Counted from the first letter of the whole stretch, positions 48,875 to 61,844 are shown. The stretch is 63,730 bases of DNA, filler included, from Octopus bimaculoides (GCF_001194135.2; 3 parts of 3 records of this genome joined end to end with filler, not necessarily neighbours in it), one strand, 5' to 3'. A program made the numbers and translations. Notes: generated by a model not told the origin, from the letters alone.

Positions 48875-48950
48875 CAATTTTCAGATGATCCAAGTTAGTT
48901 TGACCCACGATTTGTTTTCCTAACGCCAGAACCAGAAGTAACAGGTACAT
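48875..48950 (-). CDS. IR/iGluR-like exon 1, signal peptide (MYLLLLVLALGKQIVGQTNLDHLKI)
   Basis: Acceptor atttcag precedes 48967; hydrophobic N-terminus; donor GTAAGA, phase 1. Confidence 0.8.
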
Positions 48951-49199
48951 CGCTGGTTATTTGTCACCTGAAATAGTAAAAATATTGAAAAGCTGTCTTG
49001 AAGTAACAGCAACATATGTAATAGAAGTGAGAGAAGGAAGAGGAGAAGGGGTGGCTTTTGTTTACAAAACGAAAGAAAGCAAAAAGTGGAAATTTTCAGA
49101 TGATGAATGAGTTTTCACCTTTTCATACTTTCATTATGCTTACATATATGCATATTTTGTATTTGATGTATTTAATATATTCAGTATATTTGATATTTT

Positions 49200-49625
49200 C
49201 TACTCAAGGGACAAGGCCCGAAATTTTGGGGGAGGGGACCAGTCGATTAGATTGACCCCAGTACGCAACTGGTACTTAATTTATCGACCCCGAAAGGATG
49301 AAAAGCAAAGTCGACCTCGGCGGAATTTGAACTCAGAACGTAAAGACAGACGAACTACCGCTAAGCATTTCTCCCAGCATGCTAACGTTTCTTATTTCTT
49401 TATTGCCCACAAGGGGCTAAACATAGAGGGGACAAACAAGGACAAACAAAAGGATTATGTCGATTATATCGACCCCAGTATGTAACAGGTACTTAATTTA
49501 TCGATCCCGAAAGGATGAAAGGCAAAGTTGACCTAGGCGGAATTTGAACTCAGAACGTAACGGCAGACGAAATATCGCTAAGCATTTCGTCCGGCGTGCT
49601 AACGTTTCTGCCAGCTCGCCGCCTT
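49200..49625 (-). mobile_element. Tandem pair of family A SINEs
   Basis: Two consecutive reverse copies, with gtcgacctcggcggaatttgaactc intact in the first. Confidence 0.85.
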
Positions 49626-49649
49626 ATATTCAGTATATTTAATGTGCCT

Positions 49650-49990
49650 AAGGTGGAGGCGCAATGGCCCGGTTGTTAGGGCAACGGACTGGCAGTCGTA
49701 GGATCGCAGTTTCGATTCCGAGATTAGGTGTTGTAAATGTTCATTGAGCGAAAACAGCTAAAGATCCACGAGGCTTCGACAGGGGATTGTGGTGAATCCT
49801 GTTGTACTCTTTCACAACTTTCTCTGTCTTTCTTCCTGTTTCTGTTGTACTTATATTTAAAAGGGCCAGCTTTGCCACACTCTGGGTCACGCTGAATCTC
49901 CCCGAAAACTACGTTAAGGATACACGAGTTTGTCGAGTGCTCAGCCACTTGCACGTTCATTTCACGAGCATACCCGTGTCGTCAAAAAAT
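49650..49990 (+). mobile_element. tRNA-derived SINE family D
   Basis: ggaggcgcaatggcccggttgttagggc...gtttcgattcc (A/B-box-like head); the 3' part recurs at ~51200-51400. Confidence 0.65.
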
Positions 49991-50502
49991 GCGGACTGCT
50001 TTATTACTGATAGAAAATGGCGCATCAACACAATGGGAGAAACCATTATTAAATGTCAGCAATCTTGTAAATATATGTTCAAACGCAGAATTAAAGCACT
50101 TGAAGAATCAGATACGGTTATAACGTTTCCGTTGTAAGTATCGTTCACATAATGCACGTGTGTGCGTGTGTGTGTGTGTATAGAGAGGGACACACACACA
50201 CACACTCACACATGCATACACACACGCTCACACATGCGTACACACATACACACACTCACACACATATATATATGCTAATACATACGCATGCATATTTATA
50301 TGCAGCTATGCATGTGCGTGCATATACATATGTGTGCATGCGTCTGGGAGTCTGTGAATGTATGTGAGCGTGCGTATGTTTGTTTACATTTTTAGATCGA
50401 TGAAATCAGTAAAATATGTTATTCTTTACTTGGAAAAAGAAATAAGGTGTTTATTAGAAAGGGCAAGTATGGAAAAATGAGCTAAAGCAAAAAGAATACA
50501 TC

Positions 50503-50655
50503 TGTGTGTGTGTGGAAACAATTGTCGGGATTAATAAACATTCTGGTATCTTCCATCTTCCGTTTTTCATTTGCCATACGTGTGTATGTGCGCGCGCGCG
50601 TGGAAACAATTGTCGTGATTAATAACAATTCTCGTACCTTCCTCTTTCGTTTGCC

Positions 50656-50694
<39 letters not shown>

Positions 50695-50756
50695 GAAACA
50701 ATTGTCGGGATTGATAAAAATTCTGGTATCTTCCATCTTCCGTCTTTCATTTACAA

Positions 50757-50793
<37 letters not shown>

Positions 50794-50870
50794 AAACAAT
50801 TTTGGGGATTAATAAAAATGGTGGTATCTTCCATCTTCCGTGTTTCATTTACAATGTGTGTGTGTGTGTA
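50503..50870. repeat. Compound minisatellite: ~60 bp unit + (TG)n, 4 copies
   Basis: ggaaacaattgtcgggattaataaa.attctggtatcttccatcttccgt.tttcattt repeated. Confidence 0.9.
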
Positions 50871-51867
50871 AGTATGTATGTATGTATGTATGTATGTATG
50901 TATCATATAACTGTCCTAACTCAAATATTGAATATCAGTAGCCTTGCTGAAATAAAATACTTCTGGTGTGCATCATGTATATAGTAAGTACATATATAGT
51001 AATATTGAAATCTTCAATTAAATTATCATTGTGATTAGGAGACAAAAGCTCCCTATAAATGTCTGTATGTCCGAGTTTGTATATCTTGTGTGCGTGTGCC
51101 TGATATATCTTTATGTGAGGTTAGGTTATGAGTTCAAGTGCTGGCGACGCCTTGTGTCCGCCCTTAACCAACACACTTTATTCCCCGTTACTATACACCA
51201 CTCAACTGGCAAAAATAATTCAAAGGGCCAACCTTGTCACATCCTGAGTCACGTTGACTCTCCCAGAAGTTTATTTTAATTGTACGCGTGTGTGTGTGTG
51301 TGTGTGTGTGTGTGGAGTACTCAGCCACTTGCTGGTTAATTTTATGAGCAGACTGTATCGTGGATCACCGACTGGAACCCGTGTCGTGTACGTGACGGAG
51401 TGCTAGTGTGTGTATGCGCGTGTGAGTGTGCTCGTGTGTGTGTGTTTATGCGTAGATATGTGTATATATGGGCATACATATGTATGTGTGTATGGACGTA
51501 TACTGTAAGATATTCGCCACTTTTAATATTAAAAACAACTTACCAATTTGGTACAGAAAATATAAACTCAAAAACGTCAAGTCTCAGGAAGTAAACCAAC
51601 CGTTCTGCTGAGGACAGAGGATAACGTTTGTTGTTTTTATACACTACCACCAATACTACTACCAACACCTCTACCGTTACTACTGCCACTACGACCTAAA
51701 AAACCACTACCTCCGTCCACCACCGCTGCATCCATCACTCCCGTTGCCTTCTAAAACACACACCATCTTCCCAACGTCTCTAACTCACTGTAGGAGACGT
51801 CAATTACCGCCAGTTCGATAATTGATTCTATATTGCAGAATCATTATTTTATTACGATGTGGTAGTG

Positions 51868-51924
<57 letters not shown>

Positions 51925-51996
51925 AAACTTGTCGCCAAATTAGCTGTCTCTCAGCCACTTGTGTGCATCTGTTGACAGAGTCTGATCTGCACACGC

Positions 51997-52047
<51 letters not shown>

Positions 52048-52068
52048 GTATGTATGTATGTATGTATG

Positions 52069-52138
<70 letters not shown>

Positions 52139-52479
52139 TGTGTGTATATACATATACGCTTTTACATGAACAATCAAATTTGTACATATGCATTCAGGAA
52201 CATACACATGCACACACACACGCACACTTCCACTTTCCTTTTTGTTTCAATTTCTCGTTCTCTTTTTATAGGTATCTATGCGTGTGCGCGTATAAATGAG
52301 TGTGTTTGTATATGTGTGTGTATATGTGTGTGTATGTGTGTGTGTATGTATGTATGTATATCTTTGCTTGTATGTTATATGTATAACTGTATATTCAAGA
52401 ACACACGCACGCACAAACATAATACATGTATGCGTGTGAATGTGTATATGTATATATAGACATGTCCTCTGGATCCATT

Positions 52480-53940
52480 CTAAATGACTTCGTAGTAGTC
52501 CTTATTCCATCCTTAAACCTTTTTTTTAGGTTTAGGCCGATAGCGTTTCACCTCTGTAAACAGGTGTTTGAGCATGCGTTCATCCACCATTCGAACAATA
52601 TGGTCACGTCATCTCATTTGCTTTCTCAAAATCATAGCTTTAATTGGGGTGATGCCTGCTTTAATTGGGGTGATGCCTGCTTTAATTGGGGTGATGCCTG
52701 CATATGCAGGGCATCTGAGTTTGGAGAAAAAACTCTATTCAATGTTTAAAATGTGATGAAAGCATTTTTGGTGGAATTGTTCTCACAATTTGAAATGTCT
52801 TTCATAACATGTCAATGTTTCACAAGAATACAACAGAGATGGTACGACAAATGATTTGTAAAGAGCCAACTTTGTATTGTTATTTATAAACCGCTGGCAC
52901 CAAACGCGTGGCTCCATGCCACCAAAGGCTTTTGTTACCCTTTAAATTCGCAGATGTATTTCTGTATCAAGATTTCCATCATTTTGTGCAGAGTTTCCAA
53001 GGTAGATGAACTAATCAACAACCTCAAATAACTAACCCTTAACAAAAATTTTACGGGGCTACAAACAGCACCAGACGCAGGTTGATGCATTACAACTATT
53101 TTTTTTCTTTTTTAAGTTGATGGTCAAGCCAAAATCATCACAAACTGAATCAAATGCAGATACAGGAGATTGCAGACCTGTTTCAGAATGACTGACAAGA
53201 TCGCAATCATCAGCGTATAAAAGTTCCCTAATGAGTGAAGTAAAAACCTTCGTTTTGAAATTCAGTCTGGTCAGATTAAAAACATTTCCTGTTGCTCGAT
53301 ATTTTATGTAAATACCCTCCTCAGAGTTTTGAAAAGCGTGTGACAACACAACAGCAAAGTATGTTGCTCCTTGCTTTATTCCATTTTCCACGGCAAAAGA
53401 TTCAGAGAGCCTACCACCAAAATTAACTCTAGCTTTCATATCTTGATGTAGAGCCCTGATCGAGCTTACAAATTTTTCTGGGCAACCAATTTTCCTTAGA
53501 AAATGCCCCACAGCATTTCGATTAACAGTATCAAATGAACAAAGTAATGGTATAGAGCAAGATTCTGTTCAATGCACTTTTCTTGCAATTGTCTGATAGT
53601 AAAGATACAATCAGCTGTGCCCCTGGAGGAACGAAAACCACACTGAGACTCAGACACTATATTTGGAATTATGAAGTTATTTAAACGTTCTAATAAAATG
53701 CGGGCAAGTACCTTTCCAACCACAGACAAAAGCGAAATCCTAGGAAAATAACCACACAGATCCTTTGGCCCCAATTTATACAAGGAGACTAAAAGCGCAT
53801 TTACCAAGTGCTTCCGACTTTAAATATTTCCTTGTTGCAATGGGATTTTGGTAAAGAGTTTTCCCACAGCAGTAAGGCCGTTATATATTTTGTTATAATT
53901 GACAAGGCTTTGGTCTTTCAACATTTCCCCAGTTTATTTG
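52480..53940 (-). mobile_element. RTE/BovB-like LINE RT, decayed
   Basis: RISLLSVVGKVLARILLERL..SESQCGFRSSRGTADCIF.IRQLQEKCIEQ; GCPEKFV; GIKQG; FNLTRL..KTKV..IRELLYADD; C-terminal RM.D.R.LK..KKRFKD; 21 bp triplication at 52637-52699. Confidence 0.88.
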
Positions 53941-54588
53941 CAGCGTTTCTTTAAAGACACGACTTAAATTCAGGAGGGTTTTTTTTAATATGGATTATGT
54001 TTTTTTTTTTGTTTGGAGTGAGAAGTGATATTTTATTTAAATTTGAATGCAAAAAAAAGCAGGATAAAAGAGAGATAAGAAAGGAAAAGAAAGAAAACAA
54101 AAGGAGGAGGTAAAGCAGACGAGGAATGAGGTGGAGGGGGCGATGGGCCACATACACTGGAACGAAAAGTGTGCCCAGCCATGCCCTGTAATGACCACGA
54201 TGGCATTGCCACGGAGAATGTTTTGTTGTCTTTCATTTACCAACGTTTTTCAAAGAAGAGGCATGACTACGAAAGTTTTTTTAATGATCTTTCTATCATA
54301 CCGTTATAGTGCTACAGGGGGACGGGATGACAAGTTTGTTTGGTTGTTGATTAAACCTCTGCTTCGTTTTTTATGGCCTCTGTATTGCAAGATATTTTCA
54401 ACGACTACGGCCTCTTGTTTTCATATGAGCAAGTTGCCACATGGGGAGTGCTAGCATTATTACTTATAATTTGATTCATGTCAGCTATGCAATCATATTC
54501 TACCTTAAGGCTTGTAGTTTATTGGGTTTTTTTTCTTTTTTTAACTGACTTCTATATTTAATGTTGAATAGAGAAATAGAAAGAAAAT

Positions 54589-54623
<35 letters not shown>

Positions 54624-54631
54624 GTACAGAC

Positions 54632-54688
<57 letters not shown>

Positions 54689-54833
54689 TTAATGTTTTTA
54701 TATTCAGTTATAATAAAAACAATTTTACATTCATTTGATGGGCGGCTCTATAGTTTTGTAGATAACAAATTTAATATTCTGGAAATAATACATTTCTAAA
54801 TCTCTCAGAGAGATTTATGCAGCAGTGATACGA

Positions 54834-55140
54834 TGAAGTAGTTGTATGCTGTCAACTTAATGTGATAGTCACCTGAAGGGAATAATACTACTGTTGGTTA
54901 GACCTTGGAAACTGGATCAGCTAAGAGATCCAGCTAAGCCTGCATGCAAATTTCTCAGATACATGTCTCTGGATGCAGGCTTAGCTGGATGGAGGTGCTT
55001 GTCTCCCCCTTGTAAACATAAGGGCACAGGAAATGTGTTAAGGCCGACAGGAAGCGGTGCAGCTTCCTAGGTCTAACCAACAGTAGTATTATGTCCTTCA
55101 GAGAACTGTCACATTAAGTTGACAGCATTTAACTACTTCA
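54834..55140. mobile_element. ~305 bp MITE-like element with ~80 bp TIRs and internal hairpins
   Basis: tgaagtagtt..tgtcaacttaatgtga..ataatactactgttggttagacct mirrored at 55061-55140; inner 18 bp perfect stem at 54928-54990. Confidence 0.82.
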
Positions 55141-55147
55141 AATTTAA

Positions 55148-55272
55148 TATTCTCATACAAGAATGTTGTTGACTGGGATTTCGAAGTTTCGGCCAGTTAA
55201 GCCATCGTCCAACGATAGCTTAGCCGGCTGAAACTTCGAAGTCACTGTTAACAACATTCTTGTATAAGAATA
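55148..55272. repeat. 125 nt near-perfect hairpin (~61 bp stem, 3 nt loop)
   Basis: tattctcatacaagaatgttgtt..ttcgaagtttcggccagttaagccatcgt cca acgatagcttagccggctgaaacttcgaa..aacaacattcttgtataagaata. Confidence 0.85.
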
Positions 55273-56138
55273 ATAGAGAGAAAGAAAGAGAGAGAGAAAT
55301 TTAAAAGAGAAAGATACCACAAAAATACAGCTTAATCCATTCTGAGTACCCGGAAACGACATCGTTGCTTCTGTTATTAATCCACACATACGTGTTGATG
55401 TACGTAGGTGACAGACAGAAACAGTAATATTAACCTCACACTCAGAATAGATGGTAGATATATTATTGGTATTTAACTACATTTTTTTTTTTACTTTAGA
55501 GTATCTCTCCTCTGTTTAGCAAATTAATTGCTCTGAGCTTGCTGCTTTTCATTCTTATTGATCTCGCTCGTTAATTCGTTACCTAATAAAAATAACTCTC
55601 ATTCTAACTTCGAAAGATCTCTGGGGAAGTGTTTAAACTGTGTTAGTATATACAAGACTGTACACAGTTTCTCTACAGTGCATTGTTTGATAATGTTATC
55701 TGTTTGTTTTGCGATCTTATGTGTTGGGTATGTTTACTTAGGTTATCATGTTTCTTAACTGGCTGTTTTGTAGCTATGTCCAAGAGTAAATACCGGAAGT
55801 AGGATTAAGGGGTTCCTTATTCATTTTAATTAGTTTCATTAGTTTAACTTTTGATTAGATGTCTCATTGGATCTTTATAAATTTGTATTTTTGGTTGAGC
55901 AAATTGTTACATTTTTTTTATTATTCTTTTTGGCATTATATCCGACTGCGTCATTGCATCTCACTGCGAATATGTGCCTTTTATCACGATTATATAATAT
56001 GACGTGTTGTCGTGTTGTCGTTATTTCTTTGTATATAGAAAGCAGAAATTGTTTCAGTTTCTTGGTGTATCGGATAGCTATTTTTGTAGCATTTACCTCG
56101 GAGGAGGCCTTAAATATTATCATCTATCTATCTATCTA

Positions 56139-56169
<31 letters not shown>

Positions 56170-56269
56170 NNNNNNNNNNNNNNNNNNNNNNNNNNNNNNN
56201 NNNNNNNNNNNNNTTAATTAATTAANNNNNNNNNNNNNNNNNNNNNNNNNNNNNNNNNNNNNNNNNNNN
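56170..56269. other. Artificial scaffold spacer N44-TTAATTAATTAA-N44
   Basis: Same construct as 31142-31241. Confidence 0.9.
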
Positions 56270-56318
<49 letters not shown>

Positions 56319-56910
56319 CATATGCATATATATATAATATACATATGCATATATATATCCGTACATATATATGGTAAATGATAGACATATTTACACACAC
56401 ACAGACATGTAATATATTTATACATATATATAGATATATGTATATATAGATATGTATGCATATATATGTACACACACACACGCGCACTCACAGAGAGACA
56501 TACCTGTGTATTTATGTCTCTACGTATGAATGTATGTATGTAGACCCCCCCNNNNNNNNNNNNNNNNNNNNNNNNNNNNNNNNNNNNNNNNNNNNNNNNN
56601 NNNNNNNNNNNCACATAAATGTATTGCCATACGAAGTATTAGGGAGAATCAAGGTGAAGAACGGCGAGAAGCAAAGGTCAAGAAGTCAGGTGACACTTGG
56701 TGTCCATTCATGTCTGTAAATATCACTGAACTGTTTAACTCTTCAATAAAACATTGAAAAGATAACAAATCTGTTATTAAATATTCGCCCCGTGTTGAAA
56801 GTTTCGCTTCTTTCTCGTCTCTTTTCTTCGTTGCTCTCCGGTGTGTTAGGCTTTTATTCTTAGTTTATGTTATTGTTGGTTTTGAGAATATGTTCATTAT
56901 TTGCGGCTCA

Positions 56911-56947
<37 letters not shown>

Positions 56948-57333
56948 TTGTGCGTGTGTGATTGTGCGTGTGTGTGTGTTTGCGACTGTACGTGTGTTGG
57001 GTTTGTGTGTGTGTATTTATCTGCTCTACATGCTTGACAATTTCATGCAGTCGAATGAATTCACAGGAAAAAAAATTACTAAAATAAATTGTTTTAGTAA
57101 ATCTAGACCAAGTGAGAGACGGAGAGAGAGAGAGAGAGAGAGGGAGAGGAGAGTTACAGACAGACTGACAAATAGAGAGAGAGAGAGAGAGAGAGAGGTG
57201 GAAAAGGAGAAAGAAATGTTATCAGGTTCGTATATTAAAATGTATGTGTGTGTGTGTGTGTGTGTATGTATGTGACCGCCTGTATATTTGTATGTTTATA
57301 TGTGTACGTTTGTATGCATGGATGCTCCAAACT

Positions 57334-57408
<75 letters not shown>

Positions 57409-57599
57409 TGCTTGTATGCATGTATGTAAATATGTTTTTGTTTAACTCGCGCCACCGTTTAAAAATTGATGTTCAACTTTTCACGTCCCCGTAACTTAGC
57501 AGTTCGGCTAAAAACACCGATAGAATAAGTATTAGGCTTTAAGATAAGTATATGTTCTACCATTGTACGTGGGTCATGAATTCGTAAGGTGGTATGACC

Positions 57600-58200
57600 G
57601 GATTATCAGCTGTCAATAATGCCAAGTTTCTTAACACGATGTATCCTTGATGACAACAAAGTTGGGTTCCGATTTGTGTATATTGAAACCTGGCAGTTTG
57701 TGCAATTTCTCGCGGAGGCAGTCTTGGCGTCTACAATCTCCATATGAGTCCCACCGCATGGAGTTTCCTTGTCAAAGACGTTACATGTGATACTGAGAGT
57801 CTTTTCGGTGGTCTTGGAATGTTCAGATGCAGCAAAACTGGGACGTGGAATTTCCCCTGTCCCTATACCTGAAGCTTTATACATTTATGGCATGAATCCT
57901 CTCTTCAAGTCACGGACTGTTATACAATATCTCGTGATGTTATTTGATGGTTTACGGCTGTATCGGAAACTCACAGCCTTTGAGAGGTATGGTCCTCCCA
58001 GTAAGCAGCGGGCAAGAATTTGGCAGATATCGGTTGGTGTGTAGGGTGAAAATTATGTGGAAGTATATTTGCTTCAGCTGCCGCGTGCGACGTACGAAAC
58101 AATATTATCTAAACATGGGCAGCTAATCTTCACGTTATGGGGTTTAATGCGTTTCTATTATCTATGGGTTCTGGGAAAAGGTTGTCTAATTAACGTCAGG
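57600..58200 (-). mobile_element. Decayed Penelope-like element C-terminus (GIY-YIG region)
   Basis: NPHNVKISCPCL.N, CQ...CLLGG.YL.K, C...CLREKL, NRN..LLS.R.HR.K.L resemble PLE HNVKISYSCM / CPL.G.CL / CLxEK / N.R.EL.S.CRH motifs. Confidence 0.5.
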
Positions 58201-58380
58201 GAGATCCTAGATGTATTAATGAACACATTTAGATTTGAGGATTAGAATTGAGGATTAAACTAGATTAATGTTTTCTTTCTAACTCTCTTCCGGTTTGAGA
58301 TTGCGATGAGGAATCCTACATGTTATCAATAAAACCACTCTCCGCCAGTATCTCATTATAATAGGGAGCGGTTTTGTTGA

Positions 58381-58465
<85 letters not shown>

Positions 58466-59473
58466 GATATATCGACGATTCTTCTTTCTTCTGCTGATAC
58501 TTGTGGTTAGGTTTCTAATTACAATTCTAGGTGAGTAGAGTATCCATGAAAATAAACAGTTTCCTTGAGGGTAGTGCTTCCCTGCCTCGAGGTCTAAGTT
58601 TAAGACCATGAAGTCTACCTTTGTTAAGTTGGTCTTAACAGTTAAAGTCAGGTTCCATTCTTTGAATTATATGATTCTTTCTGAACTTGTCCATGGGGTG
58701 GCTTTCATACATACATACACACACGTACGTATGTATGCATACATATATATGTGTGTATGTATGTGTGTGTGTGTGTGTGTGTGTATAAACACACACGTGC
58801 ATATGTGAATGAAAGTGCATACACGTGTGTATATCTGTGCGCGGCGTGAACATATGGTTTGTGTGTGTGTATGCATGTTTGTATGTTTGCATGTGTATGT
58901 CTATAAGAAAATAATAAGTCAGCTGTACAGAGACCCAAAATGGATATAAATACATATGAACAGTATTTACAACAGGTAATCCTTGTGTATTTTATCCTTT
59001 GAAGACACAGAGCAAACGTTTAAATAGCGAAAATAACGTGAACGCGTTTTTATACTTGCTGTCATCCACGCTGATTATCTGCCCTTGCTGCTGGGGGTTG
59101 ATATTCCCTCGTTTCGTTGAATCCCAAATTTAGAGACAATATTTGTGAAGAGCAAAACATCCACCACACCTGCATCACATCAATGAATGTACACTGCACA
59201 TGTGTGTATGTATGTATCTATGTAAATACATTTACATATATACATATACATGTCCACACATACATACAGGTATGCACATTTATGGGTGCATTTGCGCGCG
59301 CACACGCGCGCATATCTGTATATGCATATATACACATGTATATATATAGAATATATATACGTGTGTATGAATACATACATAAAATAAACACCTCTAATAT
59401 ATACATATGTGTGTGTGTGTGTGTGTGTGTGTAGGTGTGTATGTGTATATGTATACATACATACATACATACA

Positions 59474-59505
<32 letters not shown>

Positions 59506-59937
59506 GATACGCTCTTATTTGTACCTTGGATAACAGCTTAGATCTAAATCAGAGCAGAGATTGCACGATGGATTCTGGATTTCCTCTGCAGAACCAAAAA
59601 CAAACTTAACATGAAGCTACTTCCTGCTTTCTCGAAAATTCCTGGCTAAATTCAGTCCTGGATAAATGTAAATAGATTCCGAGAACAACGCCTCGGGTTC
59701 CTCTTTACGCAATTCTGTACCAAACGAAAGAAATAAGTTGCTTCATGCACACGGAAGCCTCTTTTATCCGTACAACTATGGTTCTTCCCTCACTAGGCTA
59801 CATCGCCTTTCGCATGTTCTGTGATTCATTTCCGGTAGTCACCTGACTTCCGGTATATTCATCTGAAGCGTAATATTTCTTGCCGTCTTGACCAAACCTG
59901 CGTATGTTTGAATGTTTGGGTGCCATGTTGCGATGTA

Positions 59938-60041
<104 letters not shown>

Positions 60042-61376
60042 TGTGCGTGTGTGTACGTGTGTGTGTGTGTATTCTTTTGAGTGTATGTATATGTACGTCA
60101 TTTTGTATATGCTCGTGAAATGCGTGTATGTGATGTTTGAATTTTGTGTGAATATTAGGTGCGTTATCACGTGTGCGTGGTTGTGGACGCGTGCATGTCC
60201 GTGTGTGTGTATGCGGGCGCGCGTGTGTGAAGCTTACCTTCAGAACCGTTGGGAATGCGAATTTCTTATGAACTGGTGCATATAACGCTGTTATATTAAC
60301 TCAAGAGTTTGTGAGATCAAATCACGCCCGAATACGAGTTAAATGCTCTTATTGACTACCATCTGCATTAAACCGTCTTTATTAAGCAAAAACGTTGAAA
60401 AATCAGTCAAAACCATAAAATAATACAACTGAAAATCCGGCAAAGATATCAAATAGTTTTTCAGCTTGAAATCTTACANNNNNNNNNNNNNNNNNNNNNN
60501 NNNNNNNNNNNNNNNNNNNNNNNNNNNNNNNNNNNNNNNNNNNNNNNNNNNNNNNNNNNNNNNNNNNNNNNNNNNNNNNNNNNNNNNNNNNNNNNNNNNN
60601 NNNNNNNNNNNNNNNNNNNNNNNNNNNNNNNNNNNNNNNNNNNNNNNNNNNNNNNNNNNNNNNNNNNNNNNNNNNNNNNNNNNNNNNNNNNNNNNNNNNN
60701 NNNNNNNNNNNNNNNNNNNNNNNNNNNNNNNNNNNNNNNNNNNNNNNNNNNNNNNNNNNNNNNNNNNNNNNNNNNNNNNNNNNNNNNNNNNNNNNNNNNN
60801 NNNNNNNNNNNNNNNNNNNNNNNNNNNNNNNNNNNNNNNNNNNNNNNNNNNNNNNNNNNNNNNNNNNNNNNNNNNNNNNNNNNNNNNNNNNNNNNNNNNN
60901 NNNNNNNNNNNNNNNNNNNNNNNNNNNNNNNNNNNNNNNNNNNNNNNNNNNNNNNNNNNNNNNNNNNNNNNNNNNNNNNNNNNNNNNNNNNNNNNNNNNN
61001 NNNNNNNNNNNNNNNNNNNNNNNNNNNNNNNNNNNNNNNNNNNNNNNNNNNNNNNNNNNNNNNNNNNNNNNNNNNNNNNNNNNNNNNNNNNNNNNNNNNN
61101 NNNNNNNNNNNNNNNNNNNNNNNNNNNNNNNNNNNNNNNNNNNNNNNNNNNNNNNNNNNNNNNNNNNNNNNNNNNNNNNNNNNNNNNNNNNNNNNNNNNN
61201 NNNNNNNNNNNNNNNNNNNNNNNNNNNNNNNNNNNNNNNNNNNNNNNNNNNNNNNNNNNNNNNNNNNNNNNNNNNNNNNNNNNNNNNNNNNNNNNNNNNN
61301 NNNNNNNNNNNNNNNNNNNNNNNNNNNNNNNNNNNNNNNNNNNNNNNNNNNNNNNNNNNNNNNNNNNNNNNNNNNN

Positions 61377-61415
<39 letters not shown>

Positions 61416-61429
61416 GTTTGGTTATATTG

Positions 61430-61844
61430 GACTCATAAAGAATCAAGGCATGTCACACGACTACGTCACCGATTGGCTACACAGAATTATTACGCAGGAT
61501 AAACCTTCACAAACTCACATACTTCCCGACACTCACAATACGACACAGTTTATTGAAACTAGACCGCATGTAATTACTCTAGATTTATATGAAACTCACG
61601 GCTCGTTTCTCGTTCGTCTGCCGTAGTGCAGACGTTCGATTTTCGATGGTTGAATCATTTCCCCTCGCAACATTTATCAGATCGCCAATATCAGGCCGAG
61701 TTCAATAACCTGCAGAGAGATAGTATCCGCATGGTAGACTTCCTGCATAAAATACAAAATACAGATCTCATCCTTTCATCGGAGATCCAACGATTCTTTT
61801 GGTATTTTGACCGGGACAACTGGCCTTACATTCTTGGTCAGTAA
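61430..61844 (+). other. Orphan coding-like segment: two ORFs joined by one frameshift
   Basis: MSHDYVTDWLHRII...FLVRLP, then VVQTFDFRWLNHF...FFWYFDRDNWPYILGQ*; no family recognised. Confidence 0.35.

Larger units (their letters stand above)
32630..48950 (-). pseudogene. Divergent ionotropic glutamate receptor / IR-like gene: signal peptide + amino-terminal domain; possibly disrupted or truncated
   Basis: Six consecutive phase-consistent exons give 325 aa: a signal peptide, HLKIAAV, LADAMHHLKWPDVKIFYD (like ATD ADxxxxxxWxxVxIxYD), and IIKEAASLWMLVSRNYWILI (like ILxQAxxLGM..Y.WI). A final exon ends VARWRPDSRL..FYPNAKYRLGNITLNVSTL, resembling the ATD-S1 junction. Family assigned from motif recall. 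Confidence 0.65.

Noticed and set aside
49660-49735. tRNA gene
   Set aside because: The A/B-box-like head continues into a SINE body; no complete cloverleaf acceptor stem is evident.
59520-59900. LINE RT fragment (ARWILDFL)
   Set aside because: Only one short motif; too decayed to call.
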